From NCBI GenBank assembly GCA_041651035.1, contig JBAZKC010000001.1:195244-259243 (forward strand): a stretch of DNA of 64,000 bases, written 5' to 3'. Positions 19,598-29,943 of this stretch are shown one piece after another; the stretch's first letter is position 1, and every line of letters starts with the position of its first letter. Made by a program: the position numbers and the translations under genes. Under the pieces are notes generated by a model, which was not told the DNA's origin, did not search any database, and worked only from the letters and a program-made list of their open reading frames with translations. This DNA comes from Candidatus Omnitrophota bacterium. Lineage in GTDB: Bacteria; Omnitrophota; Gorgyraeia; Gygaellales; Profunditerraquicolaceae.

Positions 19598-20641
19598 CTA
19601 TTTGCCCAATATCTTTATAATATTCTTTTTATAAGGCGGCCGGATCACGCCTTTATCCGTGATAATCGCGGTAATTAAATTACGCGGGGTCACATCAAAC
19701 GCGGGATTAAAAACCTTTATATTACTCGGGGCGATAGCCCGCTTAAAAAATAATCCCGTGACCTCTTCAGCCGGCCGTTCTTCAATGGGTATATCTTTGC
19801 CGCTTTTTATCCTTAGATCAAAAGTAGAAACAGGCGCTGCGATATAAAAAGGTATCTTATGATACTGGCTTAGGATGGCTAAATTATACGTGCCGATCTT
19901 ATTAGCGGTATCGCCATTAGGAGCGATCCTGTCAGCACCCGCTATTACCTTATCTATCTTCCCCTGTTTCATTAATGTAGCTGCCGTATTGTCGCAGATA
20001 AGAGTTACATCAACACCTTTCTTATGCAATTCCCAGGCAGTAAGGCGCGCGCCCTGTAATAATGGCCTGGTTTCACAGGCGTATACTTTTATATTCTTCC
20101 TTTGTTCTTTGGCGCGATAAATAACTCCTAACGCGGTGCCGTAATCAATCGTCGCTAATATCCCCGCGTTACAAATTGTCAATATCCTCTGGCCCTTTTT
20201 TATCAAGCCTGCCCCGTAAGAACCTATTTTCCTGCAGGCTGCTTTGTCTTCCTCGATTATGCTCCTGGCTTCACTGAATAATATCTTCTTTATCAAAGAT
20301 ATGGGCTTATCCTGGTTTATCAAGGCAGCCTTGCGCATCCTTTCTAAGCCCCAGAAAAGATTTCTTGCGGTAGGACGGGAAGAAGCCAGATAGGCAATTA
20401 CCTTATTTAGTTCTTTATTAAATTTAGTAAAATTGCCTGCCTTCAAGTCCCTGATACCAAGATATACCCCTAAACCTGCTGCCGCTCCTAATGCCGGGGC
20501 TCCGCGCACCTGTAAGATCTTTATCGCCCGCCACAAGGTTTTTAAATCCTTGATATAAAAATACTTTAATTCCAAAGGCAGCCTTGTCTGGTCGATAATC
20601 TTTATAGAGTTATTTTTCCATTCTATGGTTTTTATATTCAT
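19598..20641 (-). CDS. mtnA: S-methyl-5-thioribose-1-phosphate isomerase (start at MNIKTIEW, ATG 20641)
   Basis: eIF-2B/MtnA family motifs RGAPALG; upstream 52 aa of the listed ORF cover a repeat hairpin and are likely not translated. Confidence 0.8.
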   Translation of the reverse strand: MNIKTIEWKNNSIKIIDQTRLPLELKYFYIKDLKTLWRAIKILQVRGAPALGAAAGLGVYLGIRDLKAGNFTKFNKELNKVIAYLASSRPTARNLFWGLERMRKAALINQDKPISLIKKILFSEARSIIEEDKAACRKIGSYGAGLIKKGQRILTICNAGILATIDYGTALGVIYRAKEQRKNIKVYACETRPLLQGARLTAWELHKKGVDVTLICDNTAATLMKQGKIDKVIAGADRIAPNGDTANKIGTYNLAILSQYHKIPFYIAAPVSTFDLRIKSGKDIPIEERPAEEVTGLFFKRAIAPSNIKVFNPAFDVTPRNLITAIITDKGVIRPPYKKNIIKILGK

Positions 20642-20652
20642 TGTTTTTCTCC

Positions 20653-20707
20653 GGGGACACCCCTGCCTGCCGGCAGGCAGGCTTAGCTTTAGCAGATTGG
20701 GTGTCCC
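20653..20707. repeat. GC-rich hairpin repeat family B: GGGACACCC...CTTAGCTTTAGCAGATTGGGTGTCCC with nested 20-bp palindrome CCTGCCTGCCGGCAGGCAGG
   Basis: same outer arms and CTTAGCTTT core as hairpin at 55669-55702. Confidence 0.5.
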
Positions 20708-21828
20708 TAAAAGCCGAGTATTTTTGCCAGCGGGCTTTTCTTCACCTTTATCGCTGAAGCGGGACAAGCCTCCTGGCAGCAAAAACAGGCAATACATTTA
20801 GAATAATCAAAAATGGGCCGCTTATTTTTCATGCTTATTGCCTGATTAGGGCAGGCCTCTATACAGGCAGCGCACCTGATACAATTATCACGCTGGACAT
20901 AAGGATAATATTTAATAAGTTTTTTGGCCAGGTTAATAATCGGCCGCGGGATATTCTTTCTTAAGGATGAGGTGACGGGTAATAAAAATGGCTCGATTCT
21001 TAACTCTTCTAATTTCTCCCCGAGGATCTCAATAGAGTTTGTATCAGCTATACCTAACCCCCTCTTGGCCGCTTCTTTAGTGGTCAATATATCTAAGGGG
21101 TTAAATCCCATGATCAAGGCCGCAACGCTATCCACAGATACGGCGTCGGGGCTTGCGAACAGTAAATTCAAGCTGCGCAATTTACCGCCGGTTGCCGGGC
21201 CGTCCCCTTCCATAGCTGTTATCCCGTCTACAATAGTTAATGCCGGCTTTGCCTCCTGATAAACATCTACCAGTATCCCGGCGAAATCTTCTTTATCAAA
21301 ATATTTTTTATGCAACTCTGTTTTATATGTCCCTGAAACCAAGCCAAAAAGATTCTTTATCGCGCAGGTCAAAACAGTAAGTTCGTGGGTTTTAAGCTTA
21401 GGCACATTCAGGAGGTAATCGCAGTCATCTAACCAGGAGGTTAAAGGAAATTTTCCGCGCCAGCGCCGTTTATTAAATTCTACCAAAGAAACATTTTCCT
21501 GCTGGCATACTCTCTTTATCCCTGACCTTTCATAAACTTTATCCACATTCTCTGCCTGCTTGTCCCATATGCTTGGGCCGTCACCGACAAATATCTGGCA
21601 GTTGATCTCTTTTAATATTTTTATTACCGCGCGGACGACCTCAGGATGCGTGTCTATGCCGCATTCCGGCTCTTTAGCCATTAGGAGATTGGGTTTTACC
21701 AATACCCTGCTTGCGGGCTTGATATACGCGGGAATCCCCCCGATCAAGCCTACTCCCTTTTTCACGGCTTCCTCTACCAGGGCGGATTCATAACTATTAC
21801 ATTTTACGACGGATACAGGAGACTTCAT
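20707..21828 (-). CDS. DUF362 domain protein with C-terminal 2x[4Fe-4S] ferredoxin domain
   Basis: C-terminal CIRCAACIEACP and CIACFCCQEACP cluster motifs. Confidence 0.65.
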   Translation of the reverse strand: MKSPVSVVKCNSYESALVEEAVKKGVGLIGGIPAYIKPASRVLVKPNLLMAKEPECGIDTHPEVVRAVIKILKEINCQIFVGDGPSIWDKQAENVDKVYERSGIKRVCQQENVSLVEFNKRRWRGKFPLTSWLDDCDYLLNVPKLKTHELTVLTCAIKNLFGLVSGTYKTELHKKYFDKEDFAGILVDVYQEAKPALTIVDGITAMEGDGPATGGKLRSLNLLFASPDAVSVDSVAALIMGFNPLDILTTKEAAKRGLGIADTNSIEILGEKLEELRIEPFLLPVTSSLRKNIPRPIINLAKKLIKYYPYVQRDNCIRCAACIEACPNQAISMKNKRPIFDYSKCIACFCCQEACPASAIKVKKSPLAKILGF

Positions 21829-22610
21829 TTTATATTAAAAAACTGTCTTGCGGTATCTGTGGTAACACGCTCCACTTCATCTACGCCGATCTCTTTAATC
21901 CCGGCTATTACTTGCGCCAGCTGCCTAACATTGGCCGGCTCATTCCTCTTGCCGCGTGAGCCTTCCGGAGATAAATAGGGCGCGTCTGTCTCCAGCAATA
22001 ATCTGTTAAGCGGAGCGGCTTTGATCACATCTCTTAGCCCTTCTGCCTTTTTATAAGTCACATTACAGGCAAAAGAAACCAGGAAGCCCAGATCAAGGCA
22101 CTCGCTTAAGAATGCTTTATCCCCGGAGAAACAATGTATTACTGCCTTAACCGGCATCGCCTCTTTTAAGATCCTTAATGTATCCACCTGGGCATCGCGC
22201 GTATGAATGACCAACGGCAGGCCTGATTCTTTCGACAGCGCCAGCAAATTCAGGAATAAGGGGATCTGGTTCTCTATCTGGGAATATTGCTTGAAATAAT
22301 CCAGGCCTATCTCGCCTATGGCGACAACTTTATCTTTAGCTGCCAGGTCCCTTATAGCGCCCGCGATCTGCGGGGTAAAACCATCCGCTTCATGGGGATG
22401 GACGCCGACTGCGGCGTATATTGACGCGTATTTTCGCGACAGCTCCACAGCCCTTTCTGAACCCTTGAGGCTTGAGCCTACGTCAATAATATAAGATATA
22501 CCCTGCTCTTTCGCGCGGCTGATAACTTCGTCTCTATCCTGGTCGTATTCCGGGAAATCTAAATGACAGTGTGTATCGACTAACATAAAATTACGCCTCT
22601 TTAGTCTCAA
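21825..22610 (-). CDS. tatD: TatD-family metal-dependent DNase/hydrolase
   Basis: LVDTHCHLD start motif. Confidence 0.8.
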   Translation of the reverse strand: MRLKRRNFMLVDTHCHLDFPEYDQDRDEVISRAKEQGISYIIDVGSSLKGSERAVELSRKYASIYAAVGVHPHEADGFTPQIAGAIRDLAAKDKVVAIGEIGLDYFKQYSQIENQIPLFLNLLALSKESGLPLVIHTRDAQVDTLRILKEAMPVKAVIHCFSGDKAFLSECLDLGFLVSFACNVTYKKAEGLRDVIKAAPLNRLLLETDAPYLSPEGSRGKRNEPANVRQLAQVIAGIKEIGVDEVERVTTDTARQFFNIK

Positions 22611-24096
22611 TTCGGGGGAATAGCGGAGCGCCTTTTCTTATCGTATCGCCGCCAATCTGTTCTTTGATCAAACCGGCTGTGCGGGGCATAAACGCCTCTA
22701 ATTCATCCGCGGCTTTCCTGATTACTTCTACCAATAGGCGGATAAATACCTTGAGTTCGCCTTCTTTGTTATCTTTAGCCAGATTCCATGGCTTAGTAAC
22801 TTCAATATGCTTGTTTGCCATGCCTATCAGTTCCCATATAGCTTCCAGGGCAAGGCTAAAGTTCTGGTTATCCAATTGCCCGCTAACCGTTACATCCAAC
22901 TGCTCGATCTTAACTAATATATCTTCTACTTGTTTATTATCCTTAACCGCGTTAAGATCCGCTTCCGGGATACTGCCTTTAAAGTATTTCTCGATCATAG
23001 TCAAAGTCCGATAGACCAGATTTCCCAGGTCATTAGCTAAATCACTGTTATAACGTTTAATGATCGCTTCTTCTGAAAAATTACCATCCAAACCAAAAGG
23101 CACATCGCGTAATAAGAAATACCTGTAGGCATCTAAGCCGTATTTTTCTACCATCTCTAAAGGATTAACCGCATTCCCGCGTGATTTAGACATTTTGCTT
23201 TCATTGATCATCCACCAGCCGTGAGCGAAAATTGCCTTGGGAAGTTCTACCCCCAAAACATGCAGCATAATAGGCCAATAAACAGTATGCTGCCTCAAGA
23301 TATCCTTGGCCATCAAGTGTAAATCCGCGGGCCACCATTTAGAATGATATTTTCCATCCTTATCAAATTCACCAACCGCGCTTATATAATTTATGAGCGC
23401 GTCAAACCAGACATAGGTTACATGATCTCCGGCGAATGGCACAGGTATGCCCCAGCTTAAGCGTTCTTTCGGGCGGGAAATACAGAGGTCATTTAATTTG
23501 TTTAATGCCAGGAAGCTTAAAACTTCATGGCAACGGTTCTGCGGACGGATGAAAGATGGGTTTTTCTTAATATAGTCGATCAACCAATCCTGATAATTGG
23601 ATAACTTAAAGAAATAATTGGCTTCACTGATCTTTTCTACAGGACGCTTACAATCCGGGCACTTCCCTTCTACCGCCTGTGACTCTAACCAAAATGTTTC
23701 GCAAGGCGTACAATACAACCCCTCGTAATTATCTTCGTAAATATCGCCTTTTTTATTGAGAATATCCAAGACTGTTTGCACGGTTTTGATATGCCGCTCT
23801 TCGGTGGTGCGGATAAAATCATTATAAGAAATATCCAGCGCCTTCCAGAGATCCTTAAAACTCTTTACAGTCTTATCCGCGAAAGCCTGCGGGGTTAATT
23901 TCGCCTCATCAGCCGCTCTTTGGATCTTTTGGCCATGCTCGTCAGTCCCGGTAAGAAACCAGACATTTTCTTCACCTAAAGATTTGCGCATGCGGCGAGA
24001 TAATGTGTCGGCGGCAATGGTCGTATAGGAATGCCCTATATGCGGGGAGGCATTGACATAGTATAGAGGAGTGGTTATATAGAATTTATTAGCCAT
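22591..24096 (-). CDS. metG: methionine--tRNA ligase
   Basis: class I HIGH (PHIGHSYT) and KMSKS motifs. Confidence 0.9.
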   Translation of the reverse strand: MANKFYITTPLYYVNASPHIGHSYTTIAADTLSRRMRKSLGEENVWFLTGTDEHGQKIQRAADEAKLTPQAFADKTVKSFKDLWKALDISYNDFIRTTEERHIKTVQTVLDILNKKGDIYEDNYEGLYCTPCETFWLESQAVEGKCPDCKRPVEKISEANYFFKLSNYQDWLIDYIKKNPSFIRPQNRCHEVLSFLALNKLNDLCISRPKERLSWGIPVPFAGDHVTYVWFDALINYISAVGEFDKDGKYHSKWWPADLHLMAKDILRQHTVYWPIMLHVLGVELPKAIFAHGWWMINESKMSKSRGNAVNPLEMVEKYGLDAYRYFLLRDVPFGLDGNFSEEAIIKRYNSDLANDLGNLVYRTLTMIEKYFKGSIPEADLNAVKDNKQVEDILVKIEQLDVTVSGQLDNQNFSLALEAIWELIGMANKHIEVTKPWNLAKDNKEGELKVFIRLLVEVIRKAADELEAFMPRTAGLIKEQIGGDTIRKGAPLFPRIETKEA

Positions 24097-24105
24097 ATTA
24101 CGGGG

Positions 24106-24903
24106 TTATTTCTGCGTTTCCTTATAGCTTATTTCCACCTGCGTGCCATCTTCTAATTCTACAGTGGCGGTGCGCTTGAAAACATTTATGTTTATGACTT
24201 TGCCTTTACCCTTCGGAGTGTGCACGCGCTCCCCTTCGCGGGGTAGGCCCTTAGATAGAAGCTTATATGTTTCATATTCAAAAGAAAGGCAGCACATCAA
24301 CCTGCCGCAGAGGCCGGATATTTTGGGCGGGTTTAAAGGCAGCCCCTCTTCCTTGGCCATTTTTATGGTAACCGGTTCAAAGTCTTTTAAGAATTTCGCG
24401 CAGCAAAGTTCTCTTCCGCAGGGCCCAAATCCGCCGAAGAGCCTGGCTTCATCCCTTACCCCTATCTGCCTTAATTCGATCCTCGCCTTGAATATCTTTG
24501 CTAAGTCTTTCACCAGGTCCCTGAAATCGATCCTGCCGTTAGCGGTAAAATAAAATACAATCTTGGTGCGGTCAAAAGAATACTCTGCCTGCACAAGCTT
24601 CATATCTAACTTGTGCTCCCCTATTTTCTTAACACAGGCGCTAAACGCTTCCTTTGCCTTGCTCCTGTTGTCTTCTATTTGTTTTAAGTCGCTTTCTTTG
24701 GCGGCGCGCAATACTTTCTTAAGCGGCTCTTTTGCCGCCTGATCAGGAGAAGACCCCTCTTTGGGAGAAACAATTTGCCCGTAATCCAGGCCGCGGTCGT
24801 GTTCTACGATAACATAATCCCCTTCTTTGACATCCAGGTTGTTAGCGTTGTAGAAATGGACCTGGCCCGAATCCCTTAACCTGACAAGAATCATTCCTTG
24901 CAT
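24106..24903 (-). CDS. PSP1 C-terminal domain protein (YaaT-like)
   Basis: PSP1-like domain; synteny tmk-holB-yaaT as in Firmicutes. Confidence 0.65.
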   Translation of the reverse strand: MQGMILVRLRDSGQVHFYNANNLDVKEGDYVIVEHDRGLDYGQIVSPKEGSSPDQAAKEPLKKVLRAAKESDLKQIEDNRSKAKEAFSACVKKIGEHKLDMKLVQAEYSFDRTKIVFYFTANGRIDFRDLVKDLAKIFKARIELRQIGVRDEARLFGGFGPCGRELCCAKFLKDFEPVTIKMAKEEGLPLNPPKISGLCGRLMCCLSFEYETYKLLSKGLPREGERVHTPKGKGKVININVFKRTATVELEDGTQVEISYKETQK

Positions 24904-25853
24904 AATAGGCTCCTTAAATCGTATAGTAATAATTTAACATTGATATTACGCTCTAAATACAATATTGAATCTGATATGGAACGCGGGATCTCGTTTAGGT
25001 CCAGAAAAGAAAAACGGCTCATAAGGTTTAATAATTCGTCTTTACGGTCGAGGTTGATGATCTCTGAATAGGGCATGCCTATCTTAACAAAATAGATATC
25101 CCGAAACCAGGCGGCCAATACATTCAGGTAATTGCGCACATCCTGCCTCTCATCTATGGGCAGGTTCTCCAGGCTGTAAGGCTTGCGCGAAAGAACAAGC
25201 TTATCGATAACCCGGTTTTTATCATTTAATATATCTGTTCCTTTGAGCCTCAAGGCGCAGCCAAGCCTGCCCTCTGAAAAATAAGCTAAAAAGTGCGCCG
25301 TATCAGCATCAAGACTATAATTTTCCTTAAGAACCTCCTGGAGCTTTGCTCTATTTAACGGAAAAAACTTCAGGGCCTTGCACCTGGAAATTATGGTCTT
25401 AAATAACAACGCGGGTTTATCGCTGACTAAGATGATCAAACTTCCTTTGGGAGGCTCTTCTAATATCTTTAAGAGTGCCCCGGAGGCCTCAGCAGTCAGC
25501 TTATGCGCGTTGTCGATAATAAACGCTTTTCTCTTGCCTTCGTATGGCCTTAAACTTATATCCGCCTTAAGCTGGCGTATAGTTTCTATCTTGATCTCCG
25601 GTTCAACGCTCTCGATGATACGCACATCAGGATGCTGGTTATTTTCTATCTTTACGCAGGATGCGCATCTATCACAAGCGTCGAGGCCGTCTTCCAGGCA
25701 ATTTACCTGTTTTGCCAGTGTTTTAGCTGCCAGTTTCTTACCCACGCCTTCGGGCCCGGTAAAAAGATAGCCGCCTTCAAGACGGGATTGCTCAATATAA
25801 CCCTTAAGTATACTGATCGGTTTATCCTGGCCTTTGATATCTTTAAAGGACAT
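24891..25853 (-). CDS. holB: DNA polymerase III delta' subunit
   Basis: AAA+ GPEGVGK, clamp-loader delta' length. Confidence 0.75.
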   Translation of the reverse strand: MSFKDIKGQDKPISILKGYIEQSRLEGGYLFTGPEGVGKKLAAKTLAKQVNCLEDGLDACDRCASCVKIENNQHPDVRIIESVEPEIKIETIRQLKADISLRPYEGKRKAFIIDNAHKLTAEASGALLKILEEPPKGSLIILVSDKPALLFKTIISRCKALKFFPLNRAKLQEVLKENYSLDADTAHFLAYFSEGRLGCALRLKGTDILNDKNRVIDKLVLSRKPYSLENLPIDERQDVRNYLNVLAAWFRDIYFVKIGMPYSEIINLDRKDELLNLMSRFSFLDLNEIPRSISDSILYLERNINVKLLLYDLRSLLCKE

Positions 25854-26454
25854 ATTTTTCCATGACTTCCCTTATTTTAAGCTGTGTTTTATTTTTATCC
25901 GCGTCAACCTTTACGATCTTTATCCTTTTGGGCTCTAAAGACGCTAATTTAAGGTACCCGTTCCTTACGCGGAAATGGTATTGAAGCGATCTTTTCTCGA
26001 TGCGGTCTTTGGTCGACTCACGATGCTTAAGGCCATCCTTAATAGGCAGGTCTAAGAATATAGTAGCGTCCGGTTTTATGCCGTAAGCGGCGGACTTTCC
26101 TACGTTTTTAATAAAGCCTATGTCCACGCCTAATCCGTACCCCTGATAGGCTATAGTTGAATCCAGAAACCTGTCGCAGATAACAATACGGCCTTTAGAT
26201 AACTCCGGTTTAATAATCTCATCGACGATCTGCGCCCTGGCTGCCATATACAGCAGGGTCTCGCATACCGGCGAGATATTATTCTTTGGCTCTAATAAGA
26301 TACTCCTGATCTTCTCTCCTAACTCTGTGCCTCCGGGCTCGCGCAGATAAACTACCGGCAGGCCCTTATTCTTTAAATACTCATAGAGAAGCCTGGATTG
26401 CGTGCTCTTACCGCAGCCTTCAGAACCCTCAAATGTGATTAATTTACCTTTCAT
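25843..26454 (-). CDS. tmk: thymidylate kinase
   Basis: ITFEGSEGCGKSTQ P-loop. Confidence 0.9.
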   Translation of the reverse strand: MKGKLITFEGSEGCGKSTQSRLLYEYLKNKGLPVVYLREPGGTELGEKIRSILLEPKNNISPVCETLLYMAARAQIVDEIIKPELSKGRIVICDRFLDSTIAYQGYGLGVDIGFIKNVGKSAAYGIKPDATIFLDLPIKDGLKHRESTKDRIEKRSLQYHFRVRNGYLKLASLEPKRIKIVKVDADKNKTQLKIREVMEKYVL

Positions 26455-26673
26455 CTCTTCCTTTATTTCAGGGTTTTGCTTCCGCGTGCTGAAATTTCTT
26501 GCCGTCTGTTTCAGTTTACTCCTCGTTTCCGCCAGTAGGCTTACGCGGGGCAGGCGTGCTCTAACTCGTCGTAATTCCTCACAGACTCTAATTTAAAACA
26601 CTGTGCCAAGAAATTTCTAATGCACGCTCCAGCAATAACCCTAAAATTTTATACTATAAGCTATCCGCTAAGA

Positions 26674-28071
26674 TTATAATTTACGACGCCAAGTTGTCCC
26701 ATCTTTAGTATCTTCCAAGATAATACCTTTTACTTCTAATTCTTTACGTATCTTATCGGCTTCGGGAAAATTGCAGGCTCTCTTCGCATCATTACGCCTA
26801 TTAATTAAAGATAACTCTTCTTCCGATAGAGATTTAACTCCTATTTTATACAATTGTAAACCTAGTATTCCACCCAACTCAAGTAACAATCCCTTTGCTT
26901 GACAAATAAAATTATCAGTATAAATATTCTTATTCATAGCGCTGATTAATTCAAAAATGGAAGCCAAGGCCTGGGGAGTATTGAAATCATCATCCATTGC
27001 TTCCATGAATTTATATTTTATACCAACTACTAGATCATTATCTGGCATCTTAAGTAAAACCTTCACATTACTCAATTTTTCCAATAAAATAGTAATCTTT
27101 TCGTAAGCCTGCTTAGCCTCCTGGATTTTTCCATCGGTATAATCAACTGGATGGGAATAATGCGTAGATAAAAACAGCAGCTTTAACAAATCCCCATTCT
27201 TATATTTATTCAGAAAGTCTTTTACGGTGATAAAGTTCCCCAGGGACTTTGACATTTTCTGTCCGTTGATGGTAAGTAGTCCGTGGTGTATCCAATATCT
27301 GGCGAATTTGCATCCTGCGCCTTCGGATTGAGCGATCTCGTTCTCATGGTGAGGAAAGATCAGGTCTATCCCGCCGCCGTGAATATCGAACTCATCGCCT
27401 AAAATATCTGAACTCATTACGGAACATTCGATGTGCCAGCCGGGCCTGCCTTTGCCCCAGGGGCTCTCCCAGGAGGGCTCGTTTTCTTTAGCGGATTTCC
27501 AGAGCGCGAAATCTAAAGGATTTCTTTTATTCTCGGTAGGAGAAACTCTCGCGCCGGATTCCATTTGGCCCAGCGCCTGGTTTGACAATTTACCGTAATT
27601 TCTTGCTTTAGTGATATCAAAATAAACATCGCCGCCGGAAACATAAGCCGTGCCCTTATCAATTAATTTCTGGATGAAAGCCAGCATTTTGGGGATGTAT
27701 TCGCTGGCCTTAGGCTCAATGATCCCCTCATCTCCTATATTCAGGATCTTTAAGGATTCATGGTAAGAGGAAAGGTATTTGTCCGCTACTTTCTTAAAGC
27801 TTGAATTTAAATCCTCGCCCGGGAATTCTTCCCTGGCCTTATTAATGATCTTATCGTCTACGTCGGTAACATTGCGCACAAACTTTACTTCGTATCCTCT
27901 ATAAACAAGATACCTCCGGATAACGTCAAATATATAGGCGCTCCTGGCGTGTCCGATATGAGGCTCGTCATAAACAGTAGGGCCGCAGACGTACATCTTT
28001 ATCCGGCTGCCGGATAAAGATGTAAATGCTTCTTTTTTTCGCGTCAGAGAATTATATATATAAAGAGACAT
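26674..28071 (-). CDS. cysS: cysteine--tRNA ligase
   Basis: HIGH (PHIGHARS) and KMSKS motifs. Confidence 0.9.
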   Translation of the reverse strand: MSLYIYNSLTRKKEAFTSLSGSRIKMYVCGPTVYDEPHIGHARSAYIFDVIRRYLVYRGYEVKFVRNVTDVDDKIINKAREEFPGEDLNSSFKKVADKYLSSYHESLKILNIGDEGIIEPKASEYIPKMLAFIQKLIDKGTAYVSGGDVYFDITKARNYGKLSNQALGQMESGARVSPTENKRNPLDFALWKSAKENEPSWESPWGKGRPGWHIECSVMSSDILGDEFDIHGGGIDLIFPHHENEIAQSEGAGCKFARYWIHHGLLTINGQKMSKSLGNFITVKDFLNKYKNGDLLKLLFLSTHYSHPVDYTDGKIQEAKQAYEKITILLEKLSNVKVLLKMPDNDLVVGIKYKFMEAMDDDFNTPQALASIFELISAMNKNIYTDNFICQAKGLLLELGGILGLQLYKIGVKSLSEEELSLINRRNDAKRACNFPEADKIRKELEVKGIILEDTKDGTTWRRKL

Positions 28072-28081
28072 TAAAGATGGG

Positions 28082-28765
28082 CTATTTATTTTCCAGCTTT
28101 TCGATTCTTTTCCCTAACTCTTCTAAGGATTGCACTATGGGGTCAAGCACATGGACATGGTCTAAGCTGACATCGATTTTCTTGCCGTCCTGCTTTGTGA
28201 TCCTCCCCGGTACGCCCACAACCGTAGAATTCACGGGGACATCCTTAATTACTACGGCGTTTGAGCCTATATAAGAATTATCGCCTATGGTAATATTGCC
28301 CAGCACTTTCGCCCCTGCCCCGATCACCACATTATTGCCGACCGTAGGATGGCGCTTGCCTTTTTCTAACCCTGTGCCTCCTAAGGTTACGCCTTGATAC
28401 AGGAGCACATCATCGCCGATGATAACAGTCTCACCAATCACTACTCCCATGCCGTGATCGATAAAAAACCTTTTTCCTATCTTAGCGCCCGGGTGTATTT
28501 CGATGCCGGTTGTAAACCTGGAAACCTGGCTTATCAACCGCGCCAAAAAGAACAGGCGCAGCTTATAGAAAGAATGCGCTACTCGATAGGCTATCAAAGC
28601 GTGTAAGCCCTGGTAAAGCAAGAGCACTTCCAGCAAGCTCTTGGAGGCGGGGTCTTTTTTCCGGGCGGCATTGATATCTCCATAGAAAAATATCATAATA
28701 AGGATAATCTTTGCGATCAATATTGCCAACAATATCAATAATATTTGCAGGACGCAGGATAACAT
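28082..28765 (-). CDS. cysE: serine O-acetyltransferase (start uncertain; likely internal Met ~28696)
   Basis: hexapeptide repeats, DPA...[15 protein letters not shown]. Confidence 0.8.
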   Translation of the reverse strand: MLSCVLQILLILLAILIAKIILIMIFFYGDINAARKKDPASKSLLEVLLLYQGLHALIAYRVAHSFYKLRLFFLARLISQVSRFTTGIEIHPGAKIGKRFFIDHGMGVVIGETVIIGDDVLLYQGVTLGGTGLEKGKRHPTVGNNVVIGAGAKVLGNITIGDNSYIGSNAVVIKDVPVNSTVVGVPGRITKQDGKKIDVSLDHVHVLDPIVQSLEELGKRIEKLENK

Positions 28766-28767
28766 CT

Positions 28768-29250
28768 TTATCCCTCCCTGGTTAGTATAGCTACGGCGTA
28801 GACAGCAATTGCTTTCTTCTCTCCGGTCTCGCCTAAGCCCTGATTTGTCTTGGCCTTTATGTTCACGCGGCCCTCTTCTATGTTCAAGGCTCCGGACATG
28901 CTTTTCTGTATTTGTTTTTTAAAAGGTAAAAGTGCCGGCTCCCGGGCGATTATCACCGTATCGATATTAGAAACCTGGTAATTTTGTTCCTTTAGCAGGC
29001 CCGCGGTTATTTTTAATAATTCCAGGCTGGAAATGCCGCGGTATTTGGGGTCTGTATCGGGGAAATGCTCGCCGATATCGCCCTTTCCTATCGCGCCCAA
29101 CAACGCGTCGCATACGGCGTGTATTAACGCGTCTCCGTCAGAATGGCCCAGGAGACCTTTGGTATAAGGGATAAGGACTCCGCCAATAAATAATTTGCGG
29201 CCTTCGACTAAAGGGTGGATATCGTAACCAATGCCTATTTTGTATTCCAT
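28768..29250 (-). CDS. ispF: 2-C-methyl-D-erythritol 2,4-cyclodiphosphate synthase
   Basis: [11 protein letters not shown] motif. Confidence 0.9.
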   Translation of the reverse strand: MEYKIGIGYDIHPLVEGRKLFIGGVLIPYTKGLLGHSDGDALIHAVCDALLGAIGKGDIGEHFPDTDPKYRGISSLELLKITAGLLKEQNYQVSNIDTVIIAREPALLPFKKQIQKSMSGALNIEEGRVNIKAKTNQGLGETGEKKAIAVYAVAILTREG

Positions 29251-29942
29251 TCTTTAGCTATCGCTTCCGCTGATACCAGGTCTTCAGGCGTAGTAATTTT
29301 GATATTGCTGTAAGAACTTAAAACTACACTTACCGTAGCACCGAGTTTCTCTACCAGCATGGAATCATCCGTTACAGTAACATTCCCGAACTTCTCATAC
29401 GCCTTTAAGATCAGGTTTTTCTTGAATGCCTGCGGTGTCTGGATCTCCCAGAGGTTTTCTCTATTAAGCGTCTTTTCTACCGTAAATTTACTTACGGTTT
29501 TTATGGTGCTTTTTACCGGAACACCCGCGATAGCCGCGCCACTTTCTTTAGCCGCTTTTATTACCGAGGATATCAAACCCTTATCTATAAAAGGCCTGGC
29601 CGCGTCCTGTATCAGGACCATATCGGAACAACTGTTTAGAGCTTTAAGGCCGTTACGCACTGAATCCTGTCGCCGTAAGCCGCCCTTAACCACGCCGGCA
29701 ACCTTGCCTATCCTGTATTGGCTTATCTTTCTGATTATATACCTGGAATTATCAGTATTTGCTACAATAATGATGTCTTTTACTAAAGGATGCCTGCTAA
29801 GCGTTTCCAGGCAATATATTATAACCGGCTTACGGTTGATCTCGACTAATGTCTTAAAGGCACCGGGATTTTTAGACCGGGACATTCTACGAAAGAACCG
29901 TTTACCCCTGCCGGCCGAAAGGACTATTGCCGTTACATACAT
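29235..29942 (-). CDS. ispD: 2-C-methyl-D-erythritol 4-phosphate cytidylyltransferase
   Basis: AIVLSAGRGKRF N-terminus. Confidence 0.85.
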   Translation of the reverse strand: MYVTAIVLSAGRGKRFFRRMSRSKNPGAFKTLVEINRKPVIIYCLETLSRHPLVKDIIIVANTDNSRYIIRKISQYRIGKVAGVVKGGLRRQDSVRNGLKALNSCSDMVLIQDAARPFIDKGLISSVIKAAKESGAAIAGVPVKSTIKTVSKFTVEKTLNRENLWEIQTPQAFKKNLILKAYEKFGNVTVTDDSMLVEKLGATVSVVLSSYSNIKITTPEDLVSAEAIAKEWNTK

Positions 29943-29943
29943 A

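Noticed and set aside
20642-20797. 52-aa N-terminal extension of the mtnA ORF
   Set aside because: It reads through the GC-rich hairpin repeat. MtnA homology begins at MNIKTIEW (ATG 20641).
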